Below, in pieces: positions 30,201 to 43,044 of a DNA stretch of 64,000 nt (within the stretch, counting starts at the first letter, position 1; each line of letters begins with the position of its first letter). The stretch spans positions 12,772,001-12,836,000 of the forward strand of contig NC_043018.1 of the NCBI RefSeq assembly GCF_006345805.1. The letters run 5' to 3'. The notes under the pieces are model-generated. The model had not been told where the DNA came from, ran no database searches, and worked only from the letters and a program-made list of their open reading frames with translations. A program made the translations under genes and the position numbers. The stretch is from Octopus sinensis. Taxonomy: Eukaryota.

Positions 30201-33200
30201 GCTCTTAGTCTTCAACACACTCTCTTTCTCTTTTATTTGTTTCAGTCATTTGACTTCGGCCATGCTGGAGCACCGCCTTTAGTCGAGCAAATCGACCCCA
30301 GGGCTTATTCCTTGTAAGCCTATTCTATCTGTGTCTTTTTGCCCAACCGCTAAGTTACGGGACGTAAACACACCAACATCGGTTGTCAAGTGATGTTGGG
30401 CGGACAAACACACACATATATATACATATATACGACACGCTTCTTTCAGTTTCTGTCTACCAAATCCACTCACAAGGCTTTGGTCAGCTCGAGGCTATAG
30501 TAGAAGACACTTGACCAAAGTACCACGCAGTGGGACTGAACCTGGAACCATGTGGTTGGTAAGCAAGTTACTTACCACACAGCCACTCCTGTTCATTAAA
30601 TCGTAAAATCTAATTTATTTCAAGTGTATTTGAGAGATCTTATTTGAAATGAATACTGCTAACTGGTTATGGCTCTATTTTGATGCAATTGTAATAGAAT
30701 TATTAATTTTATATAAATTTGACCCTTACTTCCAGTCAAGAGAACAGTCCATCACACCAGCTCTGACCCCAAATTTGGCAACTTTCTTCCGCACAGTTTT
30801 CCAACTTGCATTATTGATAAAGGAGCTATTGTGACCACTAGCAATTACTTGTACTAGCCAAACACTGTCTTTTGTATCTTCAACTTGTTCGTAGAAGTCA
30901 TAACCAGATGTAAAATTGGTCACTTCAGCGGGATCCTCTATTTCACCAACCTCCAGGACTTCATCATCTGTGACGACACCTGAAGAGGAAAAGTAAAAGA
31001 AAATGTTAGGGAGAGGTTTGTTGAGGCACAACGACCCTTATATTTTCAGGAAAGGGAAAATGGGAACTGTGACATTTGTGACTTTCTAAAAAAGTAAAGT
31101 GAACTGGCTTGAATTGAAGACTGAAACTGGTGGGGGTGGGGGTCTTGCTTTGCCAGCAGTTGACAGTGTGTTCTGGTACTTTCCAGTATGCAATAAATGT
31201 TTGGTAAAGGCTCAGTAAATGAGTTGAGGAAGTGACTGGTTGTCAAAGACTTGGACATATACTATATAAGAGATAATACCAGATTGGTAAAGACCTTGAC
31301 ATGCAAAATGAATCGTGGACAGTAGATCTTAAACTTCCAGCTTCCTGTGGAGCACTGGCCATCCAAGTAGGCTTTCTAAATCGTCCGGTAACATGCAGTC
31401 TGTTCTATTTTGCTTCTCTTGAAACCTACTGAGATAATCCTTTGGTCCGCCCGATTCCCTAGAACATAACCCCCCACCCCACCTCACCACCATGTATAAT
31501 TAGACAACATTAGCATAACTCTATGTGAGGTTGATAATCCTCTGTCGAAAGAGTACTCCAACTTCCCTAAAAGCATTAAGATCAGATATCATCAGTCTCT
31601 GAGACAAGGAGGCATCCTTATTTGAGAGGGGTGGGCTTGAAGGGGTCAGATTTCATGTTTAGTAGATTTTATGATCTCATTTGTACATATGCAAGAAGGC
31701 CCACACCTGTACGGACGGGGTGGGGAAGAATAGACATTATATATAAAAATTGGAAAAATTCATACTAATGGGAAAAACTCAAAGTAGAGTTAACGAAGGA
31801 AGATTCAGAAGAGATGCTGAGTTCCATTGATGATGACACAGGATCGAATCTCTTGGGGAACATTTTACAAATTTTTCCAACTTGTTTCAACATGGAAAAC
31901 CAAACATGATAACGTTTGTTTGAATGCCTTTCTTTCCATGCAGCTGCTGCGTACAGGTGAAATGTCTTGCAAAATAAAATTATTTTTTACCTGACTTAGT
32001 GGAAGGGTAAGGGGCCTCAAAAGCTCTCCAACCCCCACACACCGGAGACTGGCAGATGGGGGTGGAGGAGGAGGAGGAGGAATTTAGGTATTTCTGCTGT
32101 AGAAATACCTAAAGGATAAACCTCTGTACTTGGCTTTTGTTTACTTGGAGAAAGCTTTTGACAGAGTCCCCTGATCCCTTATTTGGTATTTAATACAGAA
32201 ACTAGGGATAGACAAGTGGTTGGTGAGAGCTGTTCAAGCTATGTGCAGGGGTGCTACCAGTAAGGTGAGTACAGCAAAGAATTCAGAGTACAAGTAGGGG
32301 TTCACCAAGGATTAGTGCTCAGCCTCTCTTGTTCATCATAGTCTTCCAGGCAATAACAGAATTCAAGACAGGCAACCCCTGAGAGTTCCTCTACGCTGAT
32401 GACCTTACCCTTCTAGCTGAATCACTATCAGAACTAGACAAGTTCCAGGTATGGAAGCAAGGTCTAGAATCAAAGGACTTTAGTGTTAACCTAGCAAAAA
32501 CCCAAGTCATAGTAAGCAGGAAGGCAGACAAATCACAAATCCCCTCGGGTAGATGGCCCAGCTCAATCTGTAGAAAAGCTGTAGGTAGAAACTCCATAAG
32601 ATGTACCTGGTGTAAGTTATGGACACATAAGAGGTACAGCTATATCAGAGGAAGCTTAACAGGGAAAATAGCTTTTGTATGTGAAGATGCACAGGTAGAA
32701 TAGATGCTGAAAATGGACTCCATAAACTGCCAGGGGAACAAGCCAGGGGTAGTAGATAGCTTCTGTTACCCAGGTGACCAAATTAGTAGTGGAGGGATAT
32801 GCTCAGAGAGCGTAGCTGTGAAAATAAGATTAGGCTGGGCAAAGTTCAGAAAGCTCCTACCCCTGCCGGCAACAAAGGGCCTCTCTCTCAGAGTGAAAGC
32901 AGATGGTATGATGCCTGCATGGCAGTGAAACAGGGGCTATGACAGCCGAGGACATGCATAGGCTTGAAAGAAATGAAACCAGAATACTTCGCTGGATGTG
33001 CAATGGCAGAGTGTAAGTGTCTTGAGAGAAAGATGGGCATAAGAGGTAACATGTGGTGTGCAAGAGAGACTGCGCTGGTATGGTCACGTGATGCCTATGG
33101 ACAAGGACAGCTGTGTAAAGGTGGTGAAGCATGATCTTCGAACTTTGAGTCTCACAGAAACAATGACTGGTGACCAAGACCTTTGGCAATGTGCTGTGCT

Positions 33201-33946
33201 TGAGAGGACCTGTCAAGCCAAGAGCACCCATGCTTGTGGCACATAAAGAACATCTTTTGAACACTGGGCCTCACAGATGCAAAGTGGCTGAGTTCCTTTC
33301 AAGCAATGGGCCTGACGGAGGCAAAGTAGCTGAGTTTCTTTTGAGTGTTGGGCTTCACAGAGGCAAAATGCCTGAGTTCCTTTCAAGCATTCAGCCTCAC
33401 ATAGGCAAAGTGGCTGAGTTCCTTTCAAGTGTTGGGCCTCATGGAGGCAATAACCAAGACCTTTGGCATTCTGTCATGCTTGAGAAGAAGACCCATCAAG
33501 CTGAGTAAAATCGCAGTCATGGCAGATATCACTGTCATGTAAATCTGCACCCATGCAGGTGGCACATAAACACACCCCAGTGTCACGCAAATGGCATCTG
33601 TGCCAGTGTGTGTAAAAGCATCCATTGTATCCATCCGTAGAAAACCATGCCAAATCAGACTGGAGTCTGGTGCAGCCTTCCAGTATGCCAACCTAGTCAA
33701 ACCGTCCAACCCATGACAGCATGGACAACGAATGTGAAATGATGATGATGATAGACTATTCGATTAAAACTAAAAAAATTTTTGCCAACTCTTACTCAGT
33801 TTCACGTGACCATTCATCAGACAGTTGTGATAAAACAATTCTTTTTTTATCACAACTTTTTCTTTTTGGCTTCAATAAAATAGTATTTTGCTCTACTTTT
33901 AGCTGAATGCTATTTTTACCACTTTGTTTTGTACCTATGTGCTTAC

Positions 33947-33989
<43 letters not shown>

Positions 33990-36900
33990 CATACATAGAT
34001 GATATAAGGTAAACAACCTTTCTAGTACCATCTGTAAACTGGTTGATGTTAAGAACAACATCCAACGGTTGAAAACGGAACATACAAGCAAGATGTGACA
34101 CTCTGAACCATCTACTAGAACAATAGCTTTGAATAAGGACCGACTCAGATTGGTCCTTATTTTTGTTCTGTCCAACACATGCCAGCATATAAAGCAGTCA
34201 TAAAAATGCTGATGATTACAATGAGATAGATTCACAAATCTCTTTACACAGTTATGTAATAAGTGTTATCAGTGTTTTTTTCTTTACTAAGGGTGGCAGG
34301 GTGGCATTGGCTAATCATTTTGTGACTTGCTATAAAAGCCTAAATTAAACTAGTCCTGTTGCCGCAGTACATGACCCAGAAACAAATATTGGTAGACGCT
34401 TGACACAGAAACTGACTGGACACAAACTAGGCTAACAGTGTCAAGTTACTAAAGGAAGAAGTGATCCTCATTATTTATGCATGTTCTACTATCCAACTAG
34501 TAGAACTACCAGTACTTATTCTACATGTTAGAAACAGTAGCTAAATCTGTATCATATCATATACCCTACAATTTTAAAGAAAAAGTTGCTTCATTTTATT
34601 TTTCCAACTTTAACTATATTCCCTCTCTATTTTCCATTGTTCTGTTAAGAATGTGGTTTTTAATAAACGTATTAATCTATTTTATCTAGAATATATATAT
34701 AAATTACAGTGTATGTATAACGACTAACACATACATTCCCACAATTCTCAACTGATTTTCACCAAACTTTACACACACTTTACTTATGTCCCAAAGATGG
34801 TCATGCACTAAACATTTTGCCCAGAGCTCCCACGTAAATGGACAGAGTATTTTTGTATGTTGGGTCAACCATACTTTTTTAATCAATATCTATAAAGCTG
34901 AAATGCGAAAAAGTTGTTTGATTTCTTGGTTATATGCCTCATTTTGGGATGGGAACGGTTTAAGGGGCGGTAGATGGGGTCGGATTGGCACCAAAATTTA
35001 CACGGGGGGGGGGTTAAAATGGGGTGGGCAATGGTGTGAGGAGAGTTGCAAGTCGCTCGGGGCTACCATTTGGTTGCCATGGTGAGGAATATGGGAAAAA
35101 TTGAGTTTTATGGGATAGACAGGTTGTGCTGTTTGAATAATGGTGGCTTTTCATGTTGCTGCAGGGGCTAGAAGGGGTTATCTTTAATTGTGGGTGTAAA
35201 ACTTTGAGGGATTTAGGAAAAGGGGGGGGGGTAAAGAAGAGGGCAATAAAAAGAAGCAGGCAAAGAAGACAAACAAAAGAAGGGAAAAAGGAGACAACAT
35301 GCACCAAACAACACCACCACCAAAACCCAAGCAAAGCACGGGTCAAAATAGCTAGTCTCTTTATATATATATAAAGCTGAAGTTGTCTGTGTATGCAGCG
35401 CAAGTTGACCAAAATTGAGAGTATGATAGAAGAAGGCTTGCACTTCATTCTGTAGAAGAAAAAATTCAAATTGGACCATGTTAACACCAAAAATTATTTA
35501 CATCAAAAAGGTGCTTTTTTTCTATGAAAATCCTTATTTTTTAACGATTTTTTGGCTGCTGTATCACCATTTTTCGGCGTATTTCAACCAGAAAAATGTT
35601 CACTAAAAGAGAATAACAAGCTACATAATGTAAAATTTTTACTTTTCAAAAATTCCTATTCTAAAAGGTCGAAATAAACCCAAGCAATACTGGGTGATAC
35701 TGCTAGTCTTTTTATAAAAGTGAAAGGATTTTGTCTATATCAACTGTTCACCTGCCATGGTGATTAAATTGATTAGGAACATTGCACACAAGGAATATCC
35801 AATACCAAACAATCTTAATTTCCACATTTAAACTGCATTAAACTTTGGCAAGCTTACCTTTACCTATTCTGAGTTACCTGAAAGGTGAAGTTCTCTTCCC
35901 TCTCTTCTATATTTTGATACCTTTGCTTACCTACCAATGCCTTGTTTCCCCTTAACGATGCTTATTTACCCATCCATTATGATATCTCAACTGTTATCCA
36001 TTGTTTCAAATACGTTTCAGCATTGTTGTTCTAGCCTCAGATATGATTCGTCCCAAAGAATCAACCTTTAAATAAGAGTTTTATTTCCACTAGCGAAAGA
36101 CATGCATGTCTTTCAGAAAGCTCCAAACCAATTTAACCTTATGCAGCATTCACTGCTAGTTTATGCGCAGGCTATGTAGGAAAACAGAAATAAAGGGGCT
36201 TTTGTTAGCTTATCTCTCCGAGAAAAATAGCTCCCTTTGCTGCTGAATAAAATAAACTCGCAGAGGGGCAGTTTCAACGTCTTCCTTCAGTTTCCTTACA
36301 CCATTTATGTTCCGGTTTCTGACAAGAAATTTCGCTTTCATGTAAAACAATCATATTTTGTAGTCATTATCCGTAATCTACTCCCAAAGCACTTCAGTAG
36401 CTCTACTTTGCATCGCTTGCAGACTCATATGTTCTATGATCATTAAAGTGCAACAACCTCCACAATGACCAGCCTTCAGTTTGGTTTTCTGTTCCTTGGT
36501 TAATCAGAAACAGATTGTCATGCTTCTCATAAACCTTCTTTGTAGTTCAATTATTTGGGGAAAATCAAACCACCAAAGCAACTTAGACCATCTAAAGGAC
36601 AGGTGCGTTTGCTAGTTTTACATAGAAATTTTAGACACCATTTCTTTTATAACAAAATGACTTTAGTAAAAGCTGCTTTGAAGAGGCAGATGGCCTAAAC
36701 TTTGGTGAAATGGGTTCTAGTGCTTGACAGTTCCTTGATTTCATTGGTTGCAGGAGGTAAACAAAGCTGATTCCAACAGGATTGGAACTCGGACCCCTCT
36801 GCCCCTTTTGCCAAAACCATTCCTAAGCAAAGAATGGCAGGACTGACGAATGCAGAGTAATCTACCTTGATTCTTCAGTCACGTTGGTTACCAATAAGGT

Positions 36901-39193
36901 CTGAGCCAACGTGGTCCCTTTACTTAATCTTCTAATATTCATACCTTATCGTTGTAAAGAAGGGGCAGACAGCGAAAAACAAATAAAACGCGGCATACCT
37001 ACACAAGTTTTCACCCTCGCCATTCTGTTTCCTCACAACTTTCAGGAAAATGGATATTTTTTAATGAAATTTTCTACAAGTACGCTTAGAATGGCAAAGA
37101 TTTCGATTATATCGAAATCTGTGGTAAAAAAATCTTTTCCGAGGGCAGGGCGAGGAGTTTCGGAAAATACACACCGGTTGGCTTTGTTTCCTCATAACTT
37201 CAGAAAAATGGATATTCTTTCGTAAAATTTCCTTCAAATACTTTCAGGATGTGTAGATTACGATTATATCAAATTTTAGCTCACGTAAACACATATCTAC
37301 AAAATGAAACTTATTTCCAAAGAAAATTGTCATGTGTCAGTCTGTATGTGTACGAGTCCATCATTTTCTTTTTTCCGTATTAAATTCCGATATAATCGTA
37401 ATAGACACACTCTGAAAGGTATTTGTAGGAAATTGCATAAACAAATACCCGTTTTTCTTAAAGTTATGAGGCAACAAAGCCGTCCCGTGTGAATTTTTCT
37501 AAACTCCCCACACCACCCACGAAAATTTTTTTCATATTAAATCCTGAAATAATTGTAATCTGCACCATCTGAAGCGTATTTGCATAAAATTTTATAAGAA
37601 AATATCCATTTTTCTGAAATTATGAGGAAACAAAGTCGAGAGGACATGCTATTTGGTATGGCTACAAATGTGCCACCCCCGAACACTATCTCAAAGGTAT
37701 TTGTATTAAATTTCATGAAAATTATGAGGAAGCAAAACTAAGTTTTGTGAATTTTCAGAGATTCCCCTCCCCACACACGGAAAAATATTTTCACAACAAA
37801 TTCCGAAATGATCACAATCTGCATCATCTGAAGCATTTTTGTAAAATTTCTCTATTTTTCTAGGAGTTGTGAGAAAACAAGGAGGGGGGTGGATCACACT
37901 TGTGTTTACCTTTAATTACAACAAAGTCTTTTTTCTAACGTAAAATGTTGTTTCTTTTCAAAGATTTCCCTGCCAAGTGCACCTATAATTATTTCATCTT
38001 TAGGGCATCCCGAAGTCAACAGAATTCGTATTAAGGGGTATCTAGGATTATTTTAGCTTAAATATTCCCACTTTTCAATGTTGTAGGATGTGGTTTGAGA
38101 GAGATTTGGCTGCTATTTCTGGCAGATCATTGGGAATTCATAAGTTTTCCTGAATTACTTTCGTTTCTCCTTTTTCTTTTTAACTCTGGAGTATTTTATA
38201 TCTCGTTTCATACGATCACTTTGGGAAATACATTTTAGAAATTAAAATTTTATCAAAAGAATTTACTTTAAAACAACATAAAATTAAACTAAGAAACAGT
38301 TTTATACACAACGGTTACTACTTCTAATTAGTTAATTAGCTAATTAACTGCTGGAAAAATTACAAGTTTTGACTTGTAAACTTTTGTTTCAGTAAACAAA
38401 CTGAATATATATATATATATATAATGTCACTATGTCGCGTACACACACACATATATAAATACGAAGGCATGGTATATTTGTTTTATTCTAAAACTTGTCA
38501 TCAAACGAATACAAACAGGTCAATTCTACAAATGTCATGCTATTGACTGTGTATGACTAATATTGCTTTAAATAAAACAACATAGTAAAGCTCCGTAATT
38601 TCTACGTGAAGACGATGGATTAAAGTTTCTTGTCCACTGGAGCATTTAGTTTACCAGTTTAATTCATGTCTAGCAATTAAAACCCAAACATAGGCATCTG
38701 TGCGTGCGCGTGTATATATATATAATCGAAATAAGCAACAAGGATATGCAAGGTAGTGTAGTATAATCACCCCATTTGATTTATAAGGATAATACCAAAC
38801 CAAATTCTGGTGCCTTTAACTGAAGTACCAAATTCATCTGAATCTAAATTTTGCTGAACTTACACACACACACACACACATATATATATACACACACACA
38901 GGTATTAATGAGTCTATTTTGGAAAGGAGATGAGAAGAGTTTACAAAGCAGAGGAACGAGGACCTACCTGTGGCTTCTACTAGACCCGTGAGTTCCTTCT
39001 TCTCCACGATGCCTTCGTATCCGACCCCTCTCTGCTCGAGAAGTGCTTTCAGCTTCTTCACGGACAGAGTCATCGGGTCGAGCAAACGGTGAGCGAGCAG
39101 ACCGGCATCGTACCAAGCGAACGTCTCCAAGAGACGAGCGATGACGAACAGAACGGCAATGTAAATGATGAGCAACACTATCCGTAGCCACAT
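27287..39193 (-). CDS. RNF103: E3 ubiquitin-protein ligase RNF103 (Kf-1), complete, 3 exons, 722 aa
   Basis: Exons 39193-38968 (226 nt), 30979-30730 (250 nt) and 28979-27287 (1693 nt). All are GT-AG with matching phases, total 2169 nt. The N-terminus MWLRIVLLIIYIAVLFVIARLLETFAWYDAG...LSVKKLKALLEQRGVGYEG matches RNF103. It is followed by a thioredoxin-like region, several hydrophobic TM segments and a C-terminal RING-H2 (CVICLEDF...LPCAHFFHECCILRWL...CPMCRW). Confidence 0.95.
29356..29930 (-). mobile_element. Mariner-family DNA transposon relic, internally deleted
   Basis: Minus-strand PAVLNNNAVKTAIEKDP (HTH), KWVP and DNARPH remnants, with a TIR-like end at about 29356. Confidence 0.65.
30230..30595 (-). 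mobile_element. Octopus-type tRNA-derived SINE, family A, near full length
   Basis: Complete head, internal microsatellite and ...CAGCATGGCC..AGTCAAATGACTGAAAC 3' end. Other copies lie at about 700-975, 22700-23037, 50390-50770, 54215-54570, 56035-56160 and 60601-60996. Confidence 0.8.
32110..33750 (+). mobile_element. RTE-clade LINE, 5'-truncated, the longest copy in the window (RT, 3' UTR, (GAT)n tail)
   Basis: AFVYLEKAFDRVP, GVHQG, YADD at 32392-32403, VVDSFCYPGDQIS and RLRWYGHVM motifs, with many stops and frameshifts. Confidence 0.85.
33262..33450. repeat. 42 bp tandem repeat, about 4.5 units, inside an RTE 3' end
   Basis: The CAAAGTGGCTGAGTTCCTTTC core recurs at 33280, 33322, 33364 and 33406. 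Confidence 0.9.
34685..35706 (+). mobile_element. Tandem non-autonomous Helitron-like elements
   Basis: Two 3' ends each consist of an ACCC..GGGT hairpin plus CTAG (35325-35355 and 35678-35706). Each CTAG is directly followed by a TC...TATAAA 5'-type start. Confidence 0.65.
36990..37900. mobile_element. Foldback-like element with modular long inverted repeats
   Basis: Units containing TGTTTCCTCA(C/T)AACTT..AGAAAAATGGATAT occur twice on + (about 37025 and 37185) and as inverted copies at about 37440, 37620, 37720 and 37865. Confidence 0.55.
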
Positions 39194-40262
39194 CTTCTTC
39201 TTCTTCTTCTTCGGTTGTCTTCGGTTCCTCTGGGTTCCCCTCGTTGATCCGTCGCAGCACTCGGATCTTCTTGCTTTCAGCGAGGCCGATTGCAGTCACA
39301 CATTACCTCGCATCACAATTTACGGCTTAGAAACGACACAAAGGCAACTTGTCACAGACGGGGAATCGAATCGGAGGCAAAACACTCGTCTGCTTGGGCC
39401 CACTATTGCAACATACAGCTATTTACCCAGACTTATGTCTTCCCAAATCGCTTCTATGACACGTCACGTCGTCGGGAAGCCATTTTCTTGGCCTTTTTTT
39501 TTTTTTTTTACAAGTTTTAATTGCGATTTCAACAGCTGTCAGCTCTTTTCTTTGCAGCTTTTGGGTGGAGATTGTTTCTTTAGTGTAACCCTTTCATAAG
39601 TGAGCTGCGACGTCAGTTCGGCTCCCTTCGCAACAGCAGATGAAAGGCGACGACCGGAGCAAAACAAACCACAGCAGCCAAACGAGTCGTCTTCCCTCTC
39701 ATCCAACCAACATGGTGGATGTAAATAATGGTCACCTGACTTCAAACAAACATTGCCGCGCCCTAATAGAGTTCTCTCCCTTGCACATATGTGTGCGCGT
39801 GCGTGTGGCTTCTCTCTCTCTCTCTCTCTGAAGATTTCAGCTTTTGACTTGCTTCTACTCAAGGATCCCCGAAATTCCCGCACTTTCTGTAAACACCCAC
39901 ACGCATACGTAACATGTATAGATACACAAACATGCGTATACGTTTACTATTTATCTATCCTCATTATTATCGCTTAACGTCCCATTTCCATGCTGCTCTA
40001 GATTGGATAGTTTGATAGGAGCTGGACGACGAGACAGCGGCGGCACCGTGCCCCTTGTTGTCTCTTTTGGTTTGGTTTCTACGCTCGGATGCCATTTCTA
40101 ACACCAACCACTTTACAAAGTGTACTGGGTGCTTTATAAGTGGCACCAGCATGGCTGCTTCACACATGGTAGGGACACAGGTTCTCCCCACATGGCACCA
40201 GCACAGCTGCATTTTATGTGACACTGGCTCAGGTGCATTTTACATGGCACCAGGATAGGTGG

Positions 40263-40345
<83 letters not shown>

Positions 40346-41249
40346 GAAATTTACAAAAAAACAAAACAAAAGAGGTCATTTAGTTTGACACTTGGGAAGG
40401 TGAGAAAGTCTTTTACGTTTCAAGCCTATGCTCTTCATATATATACATATATATATCATCATCATCATCATCGTTTAACATCCGCTTTCCATGCTAGCAT
40501 GGGTTGGACGATTTGACTGTGGACTGCCAAACCAGATGACTGCACCACACTCCAATCTTGATCTGGCAGAGTTTCTACGGCCAGATGCCCTTCCCAACGC
40601 CAGGGAGAGAGAAAGATATAACAGAACAAAAGCATAAACAAGCAAATCAACCTATTACATCTTTCTATCTCCATGTGTGAGGATGCATGGCTTAGTGGTT
40701 AGGGTGTTGCACTCCCAAATGCAAGATTGTGGTTTCAGTCTCTAGACCACATTGTCATTTTGTGTTCTGGAGCAAAACATTTCGTCACACTTTGCTCTGT
40801 GATCGTTTTGACACCTGGCGCATGGTACACAGGGCCACCTATTCAGGTGACATCAATTTGAACTAATGTGCAGCACAAACATTTGATCACAATAAACAAA
40901 TCCTTTGATCACAAGTCATTCAGTAAAAGCTGGATGCTCATAAGTCATCTTTGATGGGAGAGTCCATCATTAACATAACATATTTGAAGAGGAATTCATA
41001 AATACACACACACATATAGCAGAAAGGCAAGAAGAGTCCAGAACATGAAAAGTTCGTAATAATTCAGGTGTAGGTCAGTACCTGGTGAGGGAGAAAGAAA
41101 GTTCATAATGTTGATGTGACTCAGGTAAGTTGATCAATGGCGTCACAGGTGAAAAAAAAAAACAACTTAAAATTGATGGAAAAGGGGTGTGTAGGTAGAG
41201 CTTTACAGCTGTTTCTAGAATAGCTGCATATTTGGTGCAGATCTGTGAA

Positions 41250-42126
41250 TACGAGGAAGTACCCCCAAATATCTGTAAATGTTCTCTGTGGTACAATCCC
41301 ATTGTAGTTCAGGCTTCCCCCACTGAAGCCACTTGACGAAACCCTCAGGCATCAACCTGCTGACCAGTGCCATGTCATGCACCATTATTTTGCAGTGCTT
41401 TCCTTTTCATTGACTTTTTGTAATGGCTGAAATGAAGGAACTTCCATGAAATTCTGTTTTCTGCTGGGGAAAACAGCAGCCAAAACAGTTGTCATGCTTC
41501 AAATAGCATACAAGGATGCTGCCATGAACAAAACACAAGTTTATGAGTGGTTTTCACACTTTAGGAGTGGTCATGTGTTGCTTGAAGACCAACCTTGTTC
41601 AGGGTGACCATCGACCTCCTGAACAAATGAAAACATCATGAAAATTCATGAGCAGATCTTGAAAGACCAAAACCAAACCATTTACAAAGTTGTTTCTGTG
41701 ACTGGTTGTTGTCCTGAAGTTGCTGCCAACGAATTTTGAGTGAATAATTGCAAATGAAAAGACTTGCAATGAAATTTGTGTCTCGCTTGTTCGTGGAAGA
41801 TTGAAAGCAGTCGTGACTGAATGTGAGTCATGAACTGAAGCTGGAAGTTGATCCAGACCTTTTTTCAAAGGTCATCACTGGTGATGAAAGTTGGTGCTAC
41901 AGAAATTGCAGATGTGGAAGAGGTGAAGAAAAAACAACAGAGGTGTTAAAAGGCATCACTTCGCAGAAGTTCCAGCACTGCTTCCAACAGTGGAAAATGC
42001 ATCTGGAGTGATGCATTTCTTCAAATGGAGAATACTTTGATGATGATACAAGTGTAAACATGTAAAACTAAACGAATAAAATATACTAAAAATGCTGGGG
42101 TTTTTTTTTGAGGTACTCCCTTCAAT
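41250..42126 (+). mobile_element. Mariner-family element, internally deleted, with degenerate TIRs
   Basis: KFCFLLGKTAAKTVVML...TQVYEWFSHF and KVITGDESWCY remnants. The ends TACGAGGAAGTACCC and GAGGTACTCCCTTC are imperfect inverted repeats. Confidence 0.75.
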
Positions 42127-42609
42127 TATCTGTAGCAAAAATGGTTAAATTCTTCATCAGAAGTATAATGACTACAGTAAAAGGAAAATATGAAATCTGA
42201 ATAGAGAAGCAGAACATCAAAGGCCGAAATTGAAAAGGGAAGATATATAAAGAAATGCTTATGTCTGTAGAGGCAAGATATTAAATGATCAGAGTTTAAT
42301 TGTAGTTAGAATAACATTTACAGCTGCCACCAGCATCAGTGAAGCCAGTTTTGGCCTGGTTTTTACAGCTTGAGACCCTTCCAAATGTCAACCACTTTAC
42401 AATGTATACTATATGTCTTTTATGTGGCATCAGCACTGGCAGGGTCATCGAGTAACTCTCAAGACAAAGATCCTTTGTGAAGAGGGCCACTGGAGGAGAT
42501 GGTGCTGTGCTAGGTGATGAGATGTCAGAGTGTAACGAAGGGCTAGAAATACAAATAGATGTCTTGCTGTAGAGGAGACACATGGTTACCTAGTCAGAGG
42601 GAGAGAGGG

Positions 42610-42645
<36 letters not shown>

Positions 42646-43044
42646 CGAGAGAGAGAGAGAGAGAAAGAAATAGAAATAGGTATTTCGTCTGTCTTTACAT
42701 TCAGAGTTCAAATTCTGCAAAGGTCAACTTTGCCTTTCATCCTTTTGGGGGTCAATAAATTAAGTACCAATTGCATACTGGAGTCAATCTAATCGACAAC
42801 CCACCTCCCCCAAAATTGCAGGCCTTGTGCCTACAGTAGAAAAGAATATAATGGCATGTATTAGATTGTCTCCCCCCCCCCCTTTAATTTTCTCTGTTGT
42901 TTGTAGTCTGAGTAAGTTGGATCTATTAATGCAAATATTTACATATTTATACTTAAATATTTATTGTCTGAAAGTCTCCACCTTCGCTTTCTTTTTTTTT
43001 TTTGCATGACTAATTTCATAATTGCATGTTTTAAACTTAAATAA

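Noticed and set aside
31260-32100. Possible hidden exon or element in RNF103 intron 1
   Set aside because: The composition is unusual, but I found no convincing splice-bounded ORF, terminal repeats or recognisable motif. The RNF103 reading frame is complete without it.
38964-39299. 111 aa ORF overlapping RNF103 exon 1 in another frame
   Set aside because: It starts at GTG rather than ATG, has no recognisable domain and ends just past the splice donor. It is probably a by-product of the GC-richer exon.
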